NCBI GenBank assembly: GCA_038867695.1 | Contig: JAWBXT010000002.1 | Coordinates: forward strand, 1 to 60,666 | DNA length: 60,666 nt | Direction of reading: 5' to 3' | Source: Thermoproteota archaeon | Lineage (GTDB): Archaea; Thermoproteota; EX4484-205; JAAOZP01 | Part shown: in pieces, positions 36,358 to 46,081 of the stretch | How positions within the stretch are numbered: the stretch's first letter is position 1 | Layout of the letters: each line of letters begins with the position of its first letter | Notes under the pieces: generated by a model | The model's database searches: none | What the model saw: only the letters and a program-made list of their open reading frames with translations | What the model was told of the DNA's origin: nothing | Made by a program: the position numbers and the translations under genes

Positions 36358-36928
36358 CCTGGTTGCGAAAAGGCTTGTTCAATCAGGCGGCTTCCTTATA
36401 TGGCCCGAGAAGACTGATGAGGGGATTCTACAACCATATGTGCTTGACTTAACGATTATCCTTAGCGACCCGAAGGTTTTCGACAGAGTTGCTGGGAGAA
36501 TGGTAGATATTGTTAAGAGGGAAATTGGAGTCGAAGAATTCAACGCTGTCCTAGGAGTCCCACTGGCTGGAATACCCTATGCCTCCTACATTTCCGTCAA
36601 AACCGGTAAGCCGATGTTGCTCCTAAAAGAGGGAGGAGAAAAAGCTGTAGAGGGTTTATTTAAGATGGGTGATAAAATACTCATAGTTGACGATTTTATT
36701 TCTACCGGTAAGCAGATAGTGAGAGCTATGGATAAGATAGTTTCCGAGGGAGGAGTAGTAGAAGATGCTTTAGTAATAGTCTGCCAAAGCGAAAATACTG
36801 CTGAGAAGCTTAGGAAAAGGGGGATAAGACTACACTTTTTGTTTGATTTTAAAAAACTTGTTAAAAGCCTGAGGAAGCTTGACGCCTTAACTGAAGAAGA
36901 GTATAGGGCCCTTCTACCTAGGGCTTAG
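36338..36928 (+). CDS. Orotate phosphoribosyltransferase-like (type I PRTase)
   Basis: PRPP loop ILIVDDFISTGKQ, VLGVPLAGIPYAS. Confidence 0.7.
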   Translation: MSTSLVNLVAKRLVQSGGFLIWPEKTDEGILQPYVLDLTIILSDPKVFDRVAGRMVDIVKREIGVEEFNAVLGVPLAGIPYASYISVKTGKPMLLLKEGGEKAVEGLFKMGDKILIVDDFISTGKQIVRAMDKIVSEGGVVEDALVIVCQSENTAEKLRKRGIRLHFLFDFKKLVKSLRKLDALTEEEYRALLPRA

Positions 36929-37616
36929 AAGACTCAGATTCCTCAATTAACGGTATAATCTCCTCGATTGTGAATCTTATGAAGGAAGCCGGATCAATCC
37001 TACTAAAGATCGTTACAACGCTATCTCTAGTAATCCCTGCAACATAACCGGTTTTTCTATGAGAAATTACAACGTACCATATGTCCCCGTGTTTTAAATA
37101 GTCTGCGAACAAGCTAGTGTTAGCAAGCGAGGGCCCATAGAGAGAAAGCTTCTTTATATTAGGTATGTCAACATTATCGAAGAAAACCACTTTGGCAGCA
37201 TCGCTGTTAGCATTATGATATTCGAGCATAACCTTCGGAGAGATCCTCGCCTCAACTATCTTTCCGCTCTTGAGAAATATGATTTGGCTGAACATGTTGG
37301 CAACCATATTAGCTATGGGTTTTTTCTCTATCACTATGAGGAAAACCCTTCTTTTACGAAAAACAAAGCTGAAGATAGAGTCTACAGTCTTAACTGCGAT
37401 CTCCGTCTTATCCCTCCTTCTCAGTGTTAAAGGGACATCCCTACTTAAAACTCCTTCAAGCACATTTTGAGAAGCCTTAAGCTCAGCAACTTCAGTAACG
37501 AGTGTTAGATCCGTCCCTTCCAGCGGGGTTTCAACCTTATACCCCTTAAGCCTCTGAGCAAGCTCGTTTTGAGACAAGTATTCGTCAAGCCTGAATACCT
37601 TGCCTGCAGTAACCAT
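36918..37616 (-). CDS. Hypothetical protein (232 aa), divergent from the SMC-like operon
   Basis: Long ORF with no recognisable motif. Antisense ORFs are short. Confidence 0.5.
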   Translation of the reverse strand: MVTAGKVFRLDEYLSQNELAQRLKGYKVETPLEGTDLTLVTEVAELKASQNVLEGVLSRDVPLTLRRRDKTEIAVKTVDSIFSFVFRKRRVFLIVIEKKPIANMVANMFSQIIFLKSGKIVEARISPKVMLEYHNANSDAAKVVFFDNVDIPNIKKLSLYGPSLANTSLFADYLKHGDIWYVVISHRKTGYVAGITRDSVVTIFSRIDPASFIRFTIEEIIPLIEESESSKP

Positions 37617-37752
37617 CTTAACATTCAGCCCATATTCGGTTTTTAACCGTTTCCCATCGGTATAATGTTTAACATTGTTAGAAAAGAAACAAATAATATA
37701 CTTATTCTCAGAGTGAAACCCTTATCTAAGCCTCTAAGGCAGCAAAACACCG

Positions 37753-39534
37753 GTGGAGACGGTAGAACAAGAGAGGAAGCTTCGACTCAAAGAGGTGATT
37801 TTAGAGAACTTCATGAGTTACCGATATAGTAAAATACCTATTCGTCCCGGGCTTAATCTTATTCTGGGTCCCAATGGCTCAGGCAAGTCTTCTATCCTCT
37901 GGGGGATTTCGGTTGGACTCGGTCAGTCACGTAGTGGCAGGGCTGAGAGATTGAGTGATTTGATAAGGATTGGTGAGGATATTGCTAGGGTTACTCTAAT
38001 ATTCGATAATTCCCCAGGCATTGATGGTAAGAGACCCATACCCTTCGTGAGGTCTGATGAGCTTGTTATAACAAGGTACTTAAGAAGAGACGGAGAATAT
38101 TGGAGTCAAATAAATTATAATCCTGCTACAAAGATGGAGGTTGACGAAATCCTCTCACTGTTCAGAATAGACCCTTCTAACATGCTTATAATAATGCACC
38201 AGTATATGATCGAGGAATTTGCATCCCTAGACCCTTCTGAGAAGCTTAAGCTGGTAGAAGGCGCTATAGGGCTCTCAGGCTTAAGGGATAATATAAAGGC
38301 TTCAAGAGAAAAGTTGAGCAAGATAGTAAGCGAAGAGAAGGCTGTTGAAGCACTTTTGAACGAGGCCCATGAGACGTTAGAGATGTGGAGAACAGAGTAC
38401 GATAAGCTAGTTAAGAGAAGGGAGCTTCAGTCTCTCCATGCTGAGTTGAATAGGCTTCTCAAGTGGAGTGTTTTCAAGCAACTCAGCGGTGAGAAGAATA
38501 GGATTCAAGAAAAGATGTCTAAGATTGAAGGGAGGATAAAAAGAGGTGATCAAATAGCTACAATAAACATCGAGAAAAGCGAGAAAGTTTGGAATAACAT
38601 AAATAAGGCTAGGATGAAACTAAGGGGGGTTTTCTTCAAGGCTTCAGAAAATAAGGCTAATTTTGAAAGTCTCATCGACGAGTATAGTAGGCTCGATGAG
38701 GAGATAACAAAGTTGATAAGAAAATACGTAAAGTTGAATGTTAGAGCTGAGATAATAAAGTATAGGCTTAAAGAACTTGAGTCTGAGCGTCGTCGCCTTC
38801 AGGATAAGATGAAGTCCGTTGAATCGAAGATAGATGAAATTAAAGGTCAACTCGAGGGTGAAGCACCTGAGGGAGTAGACCCTCCAGATTTGATAGAAAA
38901 GAAAATCAACGACTGCGTTATTCAAATAGCCTCTCTTGGTACGGTTTCAGAGAATGCGGAAGAGCTTTATAAGAACTACCTCAATGTATATAATGATCTT
39001 CAACAGAAAGTTAAAATCGTCGTCGAAAACAGGATGGCTGCTGAAAACGAGCTTAAAGATAGAATGGAGATATGGAGGAGAAGAGTGATTGAAACCGTGG
39101 AGAAAATCAATGAGAACTTCAAGAAGAATATGGAGATCATGGGTGGGACTGGAGACTTACGCTTAGTAAACATGGAGGATATTGATAATGCTGGTCTAGT
39201 GATACTCGTAGGCTTTGGAGGAGGTCCCCTTACAGAATTTAATGTCTATACTCAAAGCGGTGGTGAGAGGAGTGCAACAGTAGTATCCTTCTTAATGGCG
39301 CTCCAATCGCTGGTTAAATCGAGTGTGAGAGGAATCGACGAGCTAGATGTACATATGGACCCGCTCATGAGGAAAAAGTTCTTCCAGATACTTTCGGAAG
39401 TGGTTAAAGAGAACCCTGGAGTTGCCTATCTGTGTATAACTCCCGGAACCCCACCCCCCGTGAGAGATGCACACATAATAGTTGTTCAAAAAGTCCAGGA
39501 CGAATCAAGAATACTTGAAGTCGACTCAGGTTAA
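37753..39534 (+). CDS. Short SMC5/6-like ABC ATPase (593 aa)
   Basis: LENFMSY...LILGPNGSGKSSILWGISVGLG (Walker A). About 280 aa of coiled coil without a hinge-sized domain. QSGGERS signature, Walker B GIDELDVHMDP. Confidence 0.75.
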   Translation: METVEQERKLRLKEVILENFMSYRYSKIPIRPGLNLILGPNGSGKSSILWGISVGLGQSRSGRAERLSDLIRIGEDIARVTLIFDNSPGIDGKRPIPFVRSDELVITRYLRRDGEYWSQINYNPATKMEVDEILSLFRIDPSNMLIIMHQYMIEEFASLDPSEKLKLVEGAIGLSGLRDNIKASREKLSKIVSEEKAVEALLNEAHETLEMWRTEYDKLVKRRELQSLHAELNRLLKWSVFKQLSGEKNRIQEKMSKIEGRIKRGDQIATINIEKSEKVWNNINKARMKLRGVFFKASENKANFESLIDEYSRLDEEITKLIRKYVKLNVRAEIIKYRLKELESERRRLQDKMKSVESKIDEIKGQLEGEAPEGVDPPDLIEKKINDCVIQIASLGTVSENAEELYKNYLNVYNDLQQKVKIVVENRMAAENELKDRMEIWRRRVIETVEKINENFKKNMEIMGGTGDLRLVNMEDIDNAGLVILVGFGGGPLTEFNVYTQSGGERSATVVSFLMALQSLVKSSVRGIDELDVHMDPLMRKKFFQILSEVVKENPGVAYLCITPGTPPPVRDAHIIVVQKVQDESRILEVDSG

Positions 39535-39667
39535 AAGTCGTTTTTGAATTTCAGAAATGCATTACCTAGTATTTTATGGAAAGTACAATGGGAATTAATT
39601 CTCCGAAAGGTTATGTTTATATTTATTTTATTGACCATGGTTTCAAGGTCCAGAGGGATTGAACTAA

Positions 39668-40384
39668 ATGAATCAGTCAAATAGATACGTTGAATTAATT
39701 GAGAGAATAATCTCTCTTTGCGATGAGGTTATTGAGAAAAATATCGACCCATTCGTTGTAGATATCAAGGAGAACCTCAAGAAGCTTAGAGAAGGATTAT
39801 CTGAAATAGATGAGAGAATCCTTGTAATGAACATGGCTGCTCTGCTAAAATTAATCTACGTAATACTGCTTCAACAGGAAGATGTCAAGAAGAGAGCTAG
39901 CAGGCTCTATCTCGATCCTTTCTTAATGGAAATAAGGCTCATGGGGCTTAATAGGGAGAAGCTTGCAGAAGCTTTCCTCAAAGCATTCAGACCGGTTGCT
40001 GAAAATGAACAAGCCACCATGAATATAATGCGAATAGCCTACGGCTACTGGGCTAGCATGAGAGAATACCGACTGCCTGAGATAGTGGAGACCCCAATGC
40101 CCGATGCTCTAAACATGTTCAACGAGCTTCTGAAAATGGAGGAGGCTGATTTCGAAAGAGAGATGGAGAAGATTCTAAACGAGATGGGCCCAGATCCAGT
40201 TGATTACTATAATTTGATAGGTAGGGATGGAGAAGATAGGAAAGTATTCAGAGCATTAGCCTTAAGCTTCCTAATGACAAGGGGCTTAGTGGGAGTCTTG
40301 CAAGACCCCTTGAGTAACAGGGTCTTGGTTTTCAAGACGACTCCGAAGGATGTGGAGAAGCATTCGGTAGCCCTACCGGTATAA
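39668..40384 (+). CDS. Kleisin-like protein (ScpA/Nse4-like)
   Basis: N-terminal NIDPFVVDI...LVMNMAALLKLIYVILL and C-terminal WHD-like RKVFRALALSFLMTRGLVGVLQDP, matching the ScpA architecture. Confidence 0.5.
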   Translation: MNQSNRYVELIERIISLCDEVIEKNIDPFVVDIKENLKKLREGLSEIDERILVMNMAALLKLIYVILLQQEDVKKRASRLYLDPFLMEIRLMGLNREKLAEAFLKAFRPVAENEQATMNIMRIAYGYWASMREYRLPEIVETPMPDALNMFNELLKMEEADFEREMEKILNEMGPDPVDYYNLIGRDGEDRKVFRALALSFLMTRGLVGVLQDPLSNRVLVFKTTPKDVEKHSVALPV

Positions 40385-40396
40385 GGGGCGGGTGCC

Positions 40397-40948
40397 TTGG
40401 AGCAAGAGGAAAGGATAAGGAGCAAGGTTGCGCGGGCGGTGCAGCTCTTACTATTTAAAAGCCATAGGATTCCTGGAGTTAAGGGGTGGGAACTCAAGAA
40501 GAACCTTGGACCAGGCTACCTCTCAATAATTAAGTTTCTTAACACGCGTTTTCAAGAACTGGGATTGACGATAAAGATTGTTTCAGACGATGGAAGTGAG
40601 CTTAGCATGAGCGATGATGAAAGCAAATTATCAACAGCAAGGTTCTACGTTACTCTTAAGGACGAGTTGAGCTTGACTGCTGCGAAAACCCTTGGCTGGT
40701 CGATAGATGAGATTGCTGGATTGGCTGTTGTCATCTCAACAATAATTTCCCACAAGGGCTCAGCCTCAGTTAAGGAAGTCGAAGAGATATTGAAGAAAAA
40801 GTTTCCTGAATGGAAGGTTAAGCTCAACCTAGCCAGGTATATACGGAGGGGGTATATTGCTGAAGATGGAGATAACCTCATATTAGGCTGGAGAACTTTT
40901 GCAGAACTCGACGTCGAAAAATTCGTACATTATATTCTAAGTGCTTGA
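40397..40948 (+). CDS. Tandem winged-helix (kite-like; ScpB/Nse3-MAGE-like) protein
   Basis: Two WH-like halves (AVQLLLFKSHRIPGVKGWELKKNLG...; ...SASVKEVEEILKKKF...YIRRGYI). Starts 12 nt after the kleisin-like gene. Confidence 0.45.
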   Translation: MEQEERIRSKVARAVQLLLFKSHRIPGVKGWELKKNLGPGYLSIIKFLNTRFQELGLTIKIVSDDGSELSMSDDESKLSTARFYVTLKDELSLTAAKTLGWSIDEIAGLAVVISTIISHKGSASVKEVEEILKKKFPEWKVKLNLARYIRRGYIAEDGDNLILGWRTFAELDVEKFVHYILSA

Positions 40949-41002
40949 CCCACATATCCGTCTTGAGTCAATTTGCTAAAAAACGCAATATAGTCCCTAT
41001 GT

Positions 41003-43873
41003 CTAAGCATTTTGAAAGCGACGTCTCTCAGCGTCTACAACCATTTTCACAATATCTTCTCCAGTTATGCTTCTCCTCGCCAATATTTTCTCAACAGTCT
41101 TCAGGCCTAATCCCCTCCCAGCTAGGGCTAGGGCAGCATCTTTACCATATTTCTCTAATAGCTCTGCTGTTTTAGCAATCTTTTTGAAGATCATTCTCGT
41201 CCTCTTGGATTTTCCACGCCTAATCCTGACGCTTGGAGTAGGATTCACACCAAGTTTGCCGCCACATCTGCCACACTTTATCCCTGGAATATATTCCCCA
41301 GGCTTAACAGTCCCGTAGGGGAAACCGCATTCGCTGCACACTAGCTCTAGAGGAGTATTCCTAAGCCTTGCTGAAGCATACATTAGGATTATCTTGTCAA
41401 CTTTCTCAGGTGGATATATGTCCAGATGTCTCTCAGCCTGTCTGAGGATAGGTTTAGCTAAGGATGATGGTTCAGCACCGCTTTCATATATCCTGGTTTC
41501 AATCTCTCCTGAGGCGATTCCTCTAATCATATCCATCAAGGGCTTTACATCATAGTCTTTAGAGAGTAGCTCCTTGACAGCCTCATCGTAAACAATGCTT
41601 CCCTTACTGCTTCTTATGAGCGACTCTAGCCTTATTGAAGTGAGGTCGGCATCCTTCTCTATTATCCCCATCCTCCTGGCAACATGTAGAAACCTCCTCT
41701 TGAAAAGACCCACGTTCTCGATGTTTTCTAAAAGCATCTTCATAACCTCCTTTTCATCAAGTCTCTTAAGCCTGTCAAGTATTATTGACGGTGAGACTAC
41801 TCTCTCAACCATAACCCGATATGGATCCCTGCTAACTGGAATTGTTAAACCTACTTCGGAAAGCACTATCGACCCGACTATCTTGGATAGTGCCCTATTA
41901 CCTAGGTCGCCGAGGCAAGCATGTATAATCGTATAATCACCCCATTTCTCGAAGACTATTCTCTTATCCGTGCCCACTGGTACTCCCTTTTCGAGACATT
42001 CTAAAATCGGCTTGATGACCCTAATAGCAAAATCTTTCTCAACACCGTATTTCTCAGCTATCCCGCCAGCTATCTCCTCTGGGCTGAGTCCTTTTACATA
42101 CTCTTCTTCAACAGTTCTCCTAAGGGCTCCAACTTCCATTGCTGTCTCATAGGTGACAGGTATTTCCTCACCAGTCCAGAAGGGTACCGCGCCCAGAGGG
42201 TCTTCCGCTTTTTTAACGATAACTTTACCGTCGAAAACTTGGACTATAGACCATACTACGCCTCCCATTACAAACTTCGTACCGGGAAGACCTTTTTCTG
42301 CAACAAATTCTTCGTCAAGGTTTCCAACTACAAGGTTTTCCTTCTCGTGGAAAACAGGGTATTGATTAACCTCCGGTATGCTCGAAATATGCTCGAAGAA
42401 GAATCTTATTAGTTCTCTTCTCCTGCCGGGCCTTATCATATCACTATACTTCTCGAAAAGCAACAGCCTGGGATATTGTGAGGAGAGAAACTCTAATACT
42501 CTTTCAAACTCTTCTTTAGAAATCTTTGAATACGGTATGCTTTTCTTAACGAGTTTAAGCATTTCCCCCATGCTATGATGATTTTCCTCTAAAAGCATTC
42601 CGATTACTTGATGTGCGAGAATATCATAAGGAGCCTCTGGAGGTGAGACAGGCTCGTAAATACTGTTCAAGGCCCTTCTTCTTATAACCATCGATTCAAT
42701 AGCATCATCCTCATCCATACATAGGACCATCCCCCTAGATGTTAAGCCGATCCTGTGGCCGCTTCTTCCAATCCTCTGTATAAGCCTTGAAGCCTGCCTG
42801 GGGGAGCCGTATTGGATTACGAAATCTATCAGACCAATGTCTATGCCCAGCTCAAGGCTGGAAGTACATACTAGCCCCCTCAATTCTCCTTCTTTCAAGC
42901 CTTCTTCAGCTCTAACCCTAGCCTCCACGCCGAGCGACCCGTGGTGGACTGAAACAGGTGTTGGAAGATTCATTACCAGCAGCCTGTTTGAAAGTGCTTC
43001 AGCGGTAGCCCTAGTATTGGTGAATAGCAATAATGCGTTGCTTTTACCGAGCATTTCTTTGATTACCCTCAGCCTCGCTGATACTTCCGGGGTTGTCAGA
43101 AGCTTCTCAGCCACTATATAATCCTCATCAAGAACTTCGGGAAGTACAAGGCTTATCTCAATATCCTTAGGCACTGGGGTTACAATGACCTTGAAACCGT
43201 CTTCTGACCCTACAAGGAAGTGTGCAAGCTGCTCTGGCTCACCTATCGTTGCAGAGAGCCCTATAATCTGTATCCTCCTCCCTACAAGGCTCTTGAGCCT
43301 CTCTAAGCCGAGTGAAAGCTGGCTTCCTCTCTTATCAGAGGCAAGCTCGTGAAGCTCATCCACCACAACCCACCTAACCGTTTTCAAATGGTTCCTGAGC
43401 CTGGAGCCTATTAGAAGTATTTGGAATGTCTCCGGAGTTGTTATGAGAATATGGGGAGGACTTAGTGACTGTATCCTTCTTTGAGAAGAGGGTGTGTCTC
43501 CATGTCTTACGGAAAGCTTGAAATCAAGCCTACTTGCCCACCAGCTTATTCTCTCAACCAGATCCCTGTTTAAAGCCCTAAGCGGGGTTACATAGAGCAT
43601 GAAAATACCGTTCTTAACATTAACTCTCTCTCTAACCATTGCGCTTAAAATGGGCAGTAGGGCTGCCTCAGTCTTCCCTATTCCCGTCGGGGCAACTATT
43701 AGAACATTGTTTCCATTGACTATCTCGGGTATTGCTCTAACCTGAGGTTCTGTTAACGGTATTAATCCCCTCTCTAAAACAAGTTTCGCAACAGGCTCGG
43801 CGAGCATCGAAACAACCTCCTCGCTAGATGAGCTTCTCACGAATGATGACTCAAGCATTTGACTGAAAAACAT
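41003..43873 (-). CDS. lhr: Lhr-type large SF2 helicase with C-terminal zinc ribbon
   Basis: APTGIGKTEAA, VDELHE, SSLELGIDIG, QRIGRSGH, DEAD-associated domain, C-terminal CSECG...CGRCG. Confidence 0.85.
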   Translation of the reverse strand: MFFSQMLESSFVRSSSSEEVVSMLAEPVAKLVLERGLIPLTEPQVRAIPEIVNGNNVLIVAPTGIGKTEAALLPILSAMVRERVNVKNGIFMLYVTPLRALNRDLVERISWWASRLDFKLSVRHGDTPSSQRRIQSLSPPHILITTPETFQILLIGSRLRNHLKTVRWVVVDELHELASDKRGSQLSLGLERLKSLVGRRIQIIGLSATIGEPEQLAHFLVGSEDGFKVIVTPVPKDIEISLVLPEVLDEDYIVAEKLLTTPEVSARLRVIKEMLGKSNALLLFTNTRATAEALSNRLLVMNLPTPVSVHHGSLGVEARVRAEEGLKEGELRGLVCTSSLELGIDIGLIDFVIQYGSPRQASRLIQRIGRSGHRIGLTSRGMVLCMDEDDAIESMVIRRRALNSIYEPVSPPEAPYDILAHQVIGMLLEENHHSMGEMLKLVKKSIPYSKISKEEFERVLEFLSSQYPRLLLFEKYSDMIRPGRRRELIRFFFEHISSIPEVNQYPVFHEKENLVVGNLDEEFVAEKGLPGTKFVMGGVVWSIVQVFDGKVIVKKAEDPLGAVPFWTGEEIPVTYETAMEVGALRRTVEEEYVKGLSPEEIAGGIAEKYGVEKDFAIRVIKPILECLEKGVPVGTDKRIVFEKWGDYTIIHACLGDLGNRALSKIVGSIVLSEVGLTIPVSRDPYRVMVERVVSPSIILDRLKRLDEKEVMKMLLENIENVGLFKRRFLHVARRMGIIEKDADLTSIRLESLIRSSKGSIVYDEAVKELLSKDYDVKPLMDMIRGIASGEIETRIYESGAEPSSLAKPILRQAERHLDIYPPEKVDKIILMYASARLRNTPLELVCSECGFPYGTVKPGEYIPGIKCGRCGGKLGVNPTPSVRIRRGKSKRTRMIFKKIAKTAELLEKYGKDAALALAGRGLGLKTVEKILARRSITGEDIVKMVVDAERRRFQNA

Positions 43874-43918
43874 TCCCTTTTAATCATAAAACAGTTTTTC
43901 CCACATTCTGTTCTGGTT

Positions 43919-44554
43919 TTAAGCTACCAGAAAACTAATGCCATCTAGCATGAAGGAAACACCTATTACTACTATTGCAAGGTTACATAACGTTATCAGA
44001 ACCTTCAGGCTTTTCCCACCGAGGCTTCTAGCACCACTAGCCATTAGCCCGGAGATAGACCCTAAAACTACCAAGTCGCCTATTTCATGACTAATGTAGA
44101 ATAAGAAGATCCCTAATGCACCCCACGGTATCGACTTAGAAATATAAGCTGCTCCTATGGTAAGCCACCAGGTAATCCAATATGGGTTTGAAACAGATAT
44201 GGTTGCACCCAGTACAATCATAGTTGAAAGATGAGGGGTTTTAACATTATCCTTGGCTTCCATATCCTTCCCTCTTTTTACGAAAGCTAGAAGGCCGGTC
44301 AATACTAACACAATACCGCCCACTATACTTATTAAAGGATAAAACTCTTTATCGATATTAAGCAAACCGTATGTTAGCATTACGGTAATGGGTGCTTCCG
44401 CCAAGGCGTGCCCAAGCGATAACAATAAGCCAGGCCTGAAACTCCTTGTGTAAGATGATTCTCGGATAGTCGTAACCATTAGAGGACCGGGGGCAAGAGC
44501 TCCTGAGAGTGATACAATGAAGGAAGTTAACGGTATCTCCATTATACTACTCAA
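43919..44554 (-). CDS. LysE/RhtB-type translocator-like membrane protein
   Basis: About 6 TM helices, with an N-terminal GALAPGP motif typical of the LysE superfamily. Confidence 0.65.
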   Translation of the reverse strand: MSSIMEIPLTSFIVSLSGALAPGPLMVTTIRESSYTRSFRPGLLLSLGHALAEAPITVMLTYGLLNIDKEFYPLISIVGGIVLVLTGLLAFVKRGKDMEAKDNVKTPHLSTMIVLGATISVSNPYWITWWLTIGAAYISKSIPWGALGIFLFYISHEIGDLVVLGSISGLMASGARSLGGKSLKVLITLCNLAIVVIGVSFMLDGISFLVA

Positions 44555-44605
44555 GTGTGTTCAACCCAATGAGTAAATATCCTCTCGCACTTCGTTTTCA
44601 AAAGC

Positions 44606-45451
44606 TTATTGAGCATGTTTCCTCAACCTCATCTTCCCATAGTCCACAGGGAATACCCTAGGCATACGCCTCTTATGCTGGTTCAGCCTTATTCTCTCTA
44701 GAACTGTCCTCACCGTCCCCGGGGAGGTTCCAAGGGTCTTCTGGATCTCTTTTTCTCCAAAGCTTTTTTCGAACTTCAGGTAAAGTATTGCATCCAGCGT
44801 ATCGTAATCGATACCTATCTCGCCTTCGGCAGTCTGACCTGGCCAAAGGGCTGGTGAAGCCGGCTTGCTACGTATTTTCTCAGGGACTCCAAGATGCTCA
44901 GCTAATCCTTTCACCATAGTTTTGTAGAGTCCTCCTATTGGGAATAAATCCGCACCACCGTCACCGTATTTGGTGAAATAGCCTAAGAGTATCTCGCTCC
45001 TGTCACCTGTGCCTATGACTAAACCCCCATGAACTGCAGCCTCGTGGTAAAGCATGATCATCCTGCTCCTGGCCATCACATTCCCCTTCTCAACTCTACC
45101 CATGGGTCCCAATAGCTTCTCGAATACCTCGACGATAGGATCAATATTGATCATTTTCCAATTCTCCCCAGGTATGTTTAATTGTTTGACAATGTTCATA
45201 GCATCTTCAATATCCTCTTGTGGTGTAGCTTTTGAAGGAAGTATGTATAGCCTCGTTCCCTCCCTCCCCAATGCTTTAACTGTCAAGTAGGCTACAACGC
45301 TACTATCAAGTCCACCGGACAATCCTATGATCCCCGTTTTCCTCCGGGCTTTTTCAAAGTAACCCCTTAAGCTGATCGTTAGATATTCGCTAACCCTATT
45401 GTAATCGAGCTTCGGCAAAAGTTCAGAGGGTGTTTTCATCGCGTATCGCAC
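44606..45451 (-). CDS. nadE: NH3-dependent NAD+ synthetase
   Basis: PP-loop GLSGGLDSSVVA; GTGDRSE; YGDGGAD. Confidence 0.9.
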   Translation of the reverse strand: MRYAMKTPSELLPKLDYNRVSEYLTISLRGYFEKARRKTGIIGLSGGLDSSVVAYLTVKALGREGTRLYILPSKATPQEDIEDAMNIVKQLNIPGENWKMINIDPIVEVFEKLLGPMGRVEKGNVMARSRMIMLYHEAAVHGGLVIGTGDRSEILLGYFTKYGDGGADLFPIGGLYKTMVKGLAEHLGVPEKIRSKPASPALWPGQTAEGEIGIDYDTLDAILYLKFEKSFGEKEIQKTLGTSPGTVRTVLERIRLNQHKRRMPRVFPVDYGKMRLRKHAQ

Positions 45452-45483
45452 ACCATTCCCTCATATAAATCTTGAGCCTATTC

Positions 45484-46014
45484 TTATTTATCACTATGAT
45501 TCCTGATTAAATCGTAGATGCCGATTATTGTCTTAGCGTCTTTAATAGTGCCGTCCTTAACCATTCCTAACACCTCTTCCGGCGTTAACTCCAATACCTC
45601 TATGTCCTCGTCTAACTCGAGTTTCTGACTCCTCTTATTCAATCCTCTAGCTATGAAGAGTGTTATCTTCTCCGTCGAATAACCTGGTGCTAAGTATACG
45701 CTCCTTATCCTCTTTAATAGGCTTGCCTCATATCCTGTTTCTTCCAAAAGTTCTCTCTTGGCACATTCCTCCTCACCCTCACCCTCTTTCAGCGTCCCCG
45801 CAGGCACTTCTATCAGGCTCTCGTCGACCGGAAGTCTATACTGCTTAACCAAGATTATCTTACCATCGTCTTTAACCGGGATTATTGCAACCGCACCGGG
45901 GTGCTTAACGACTTCCCTTATCGTTTCCAAACCTTTAATCGAGACGCGATACCTAATTAGAGTCAACAGTTTTCCTTTATACGTTTTTTCCACTCTCAGG
46001 ATTTTCTCAAGCAT
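45484..46014 (-). CDS. Nudix hydrolase (ADP-ribose pyrophosphatase-like)
   Basis: Nudix box GTLKEGEGEEECAKRELLEETGY. Confidence 0.85.
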   Translation of the reverse strand: MLEKILRVEKTYKGKLLTLIRYRVSIKGLETIREVVKHPGAVAIIPVKDDGKIILVKQYRLPVDESLIEVPAGTLKEGEGEEECAKRELLEETGYEASLLKRIRSVYLAPGYSTEKITLFIARGLNKRSQKLELDEDIEVLELTPEEVLGMVKDGTIKDAKTIIGIYDLIRNHSDK

Positions 46015-46081
46015 GCGTCTTCAAGATCCTTGGAGGCGATAAACCTTTATTTATACGATTTTTCAGAACACCTATAAGCCT

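Noticed and set aside
40945-41175. Plus-strand ORF 40945-41175 and other plus-strand ORFs within 41003-43873
   Set aside because: They are antisense to the continuous 956-aa Lhr helicase frame, with low-complexity Ser/Leu/Pro composition.
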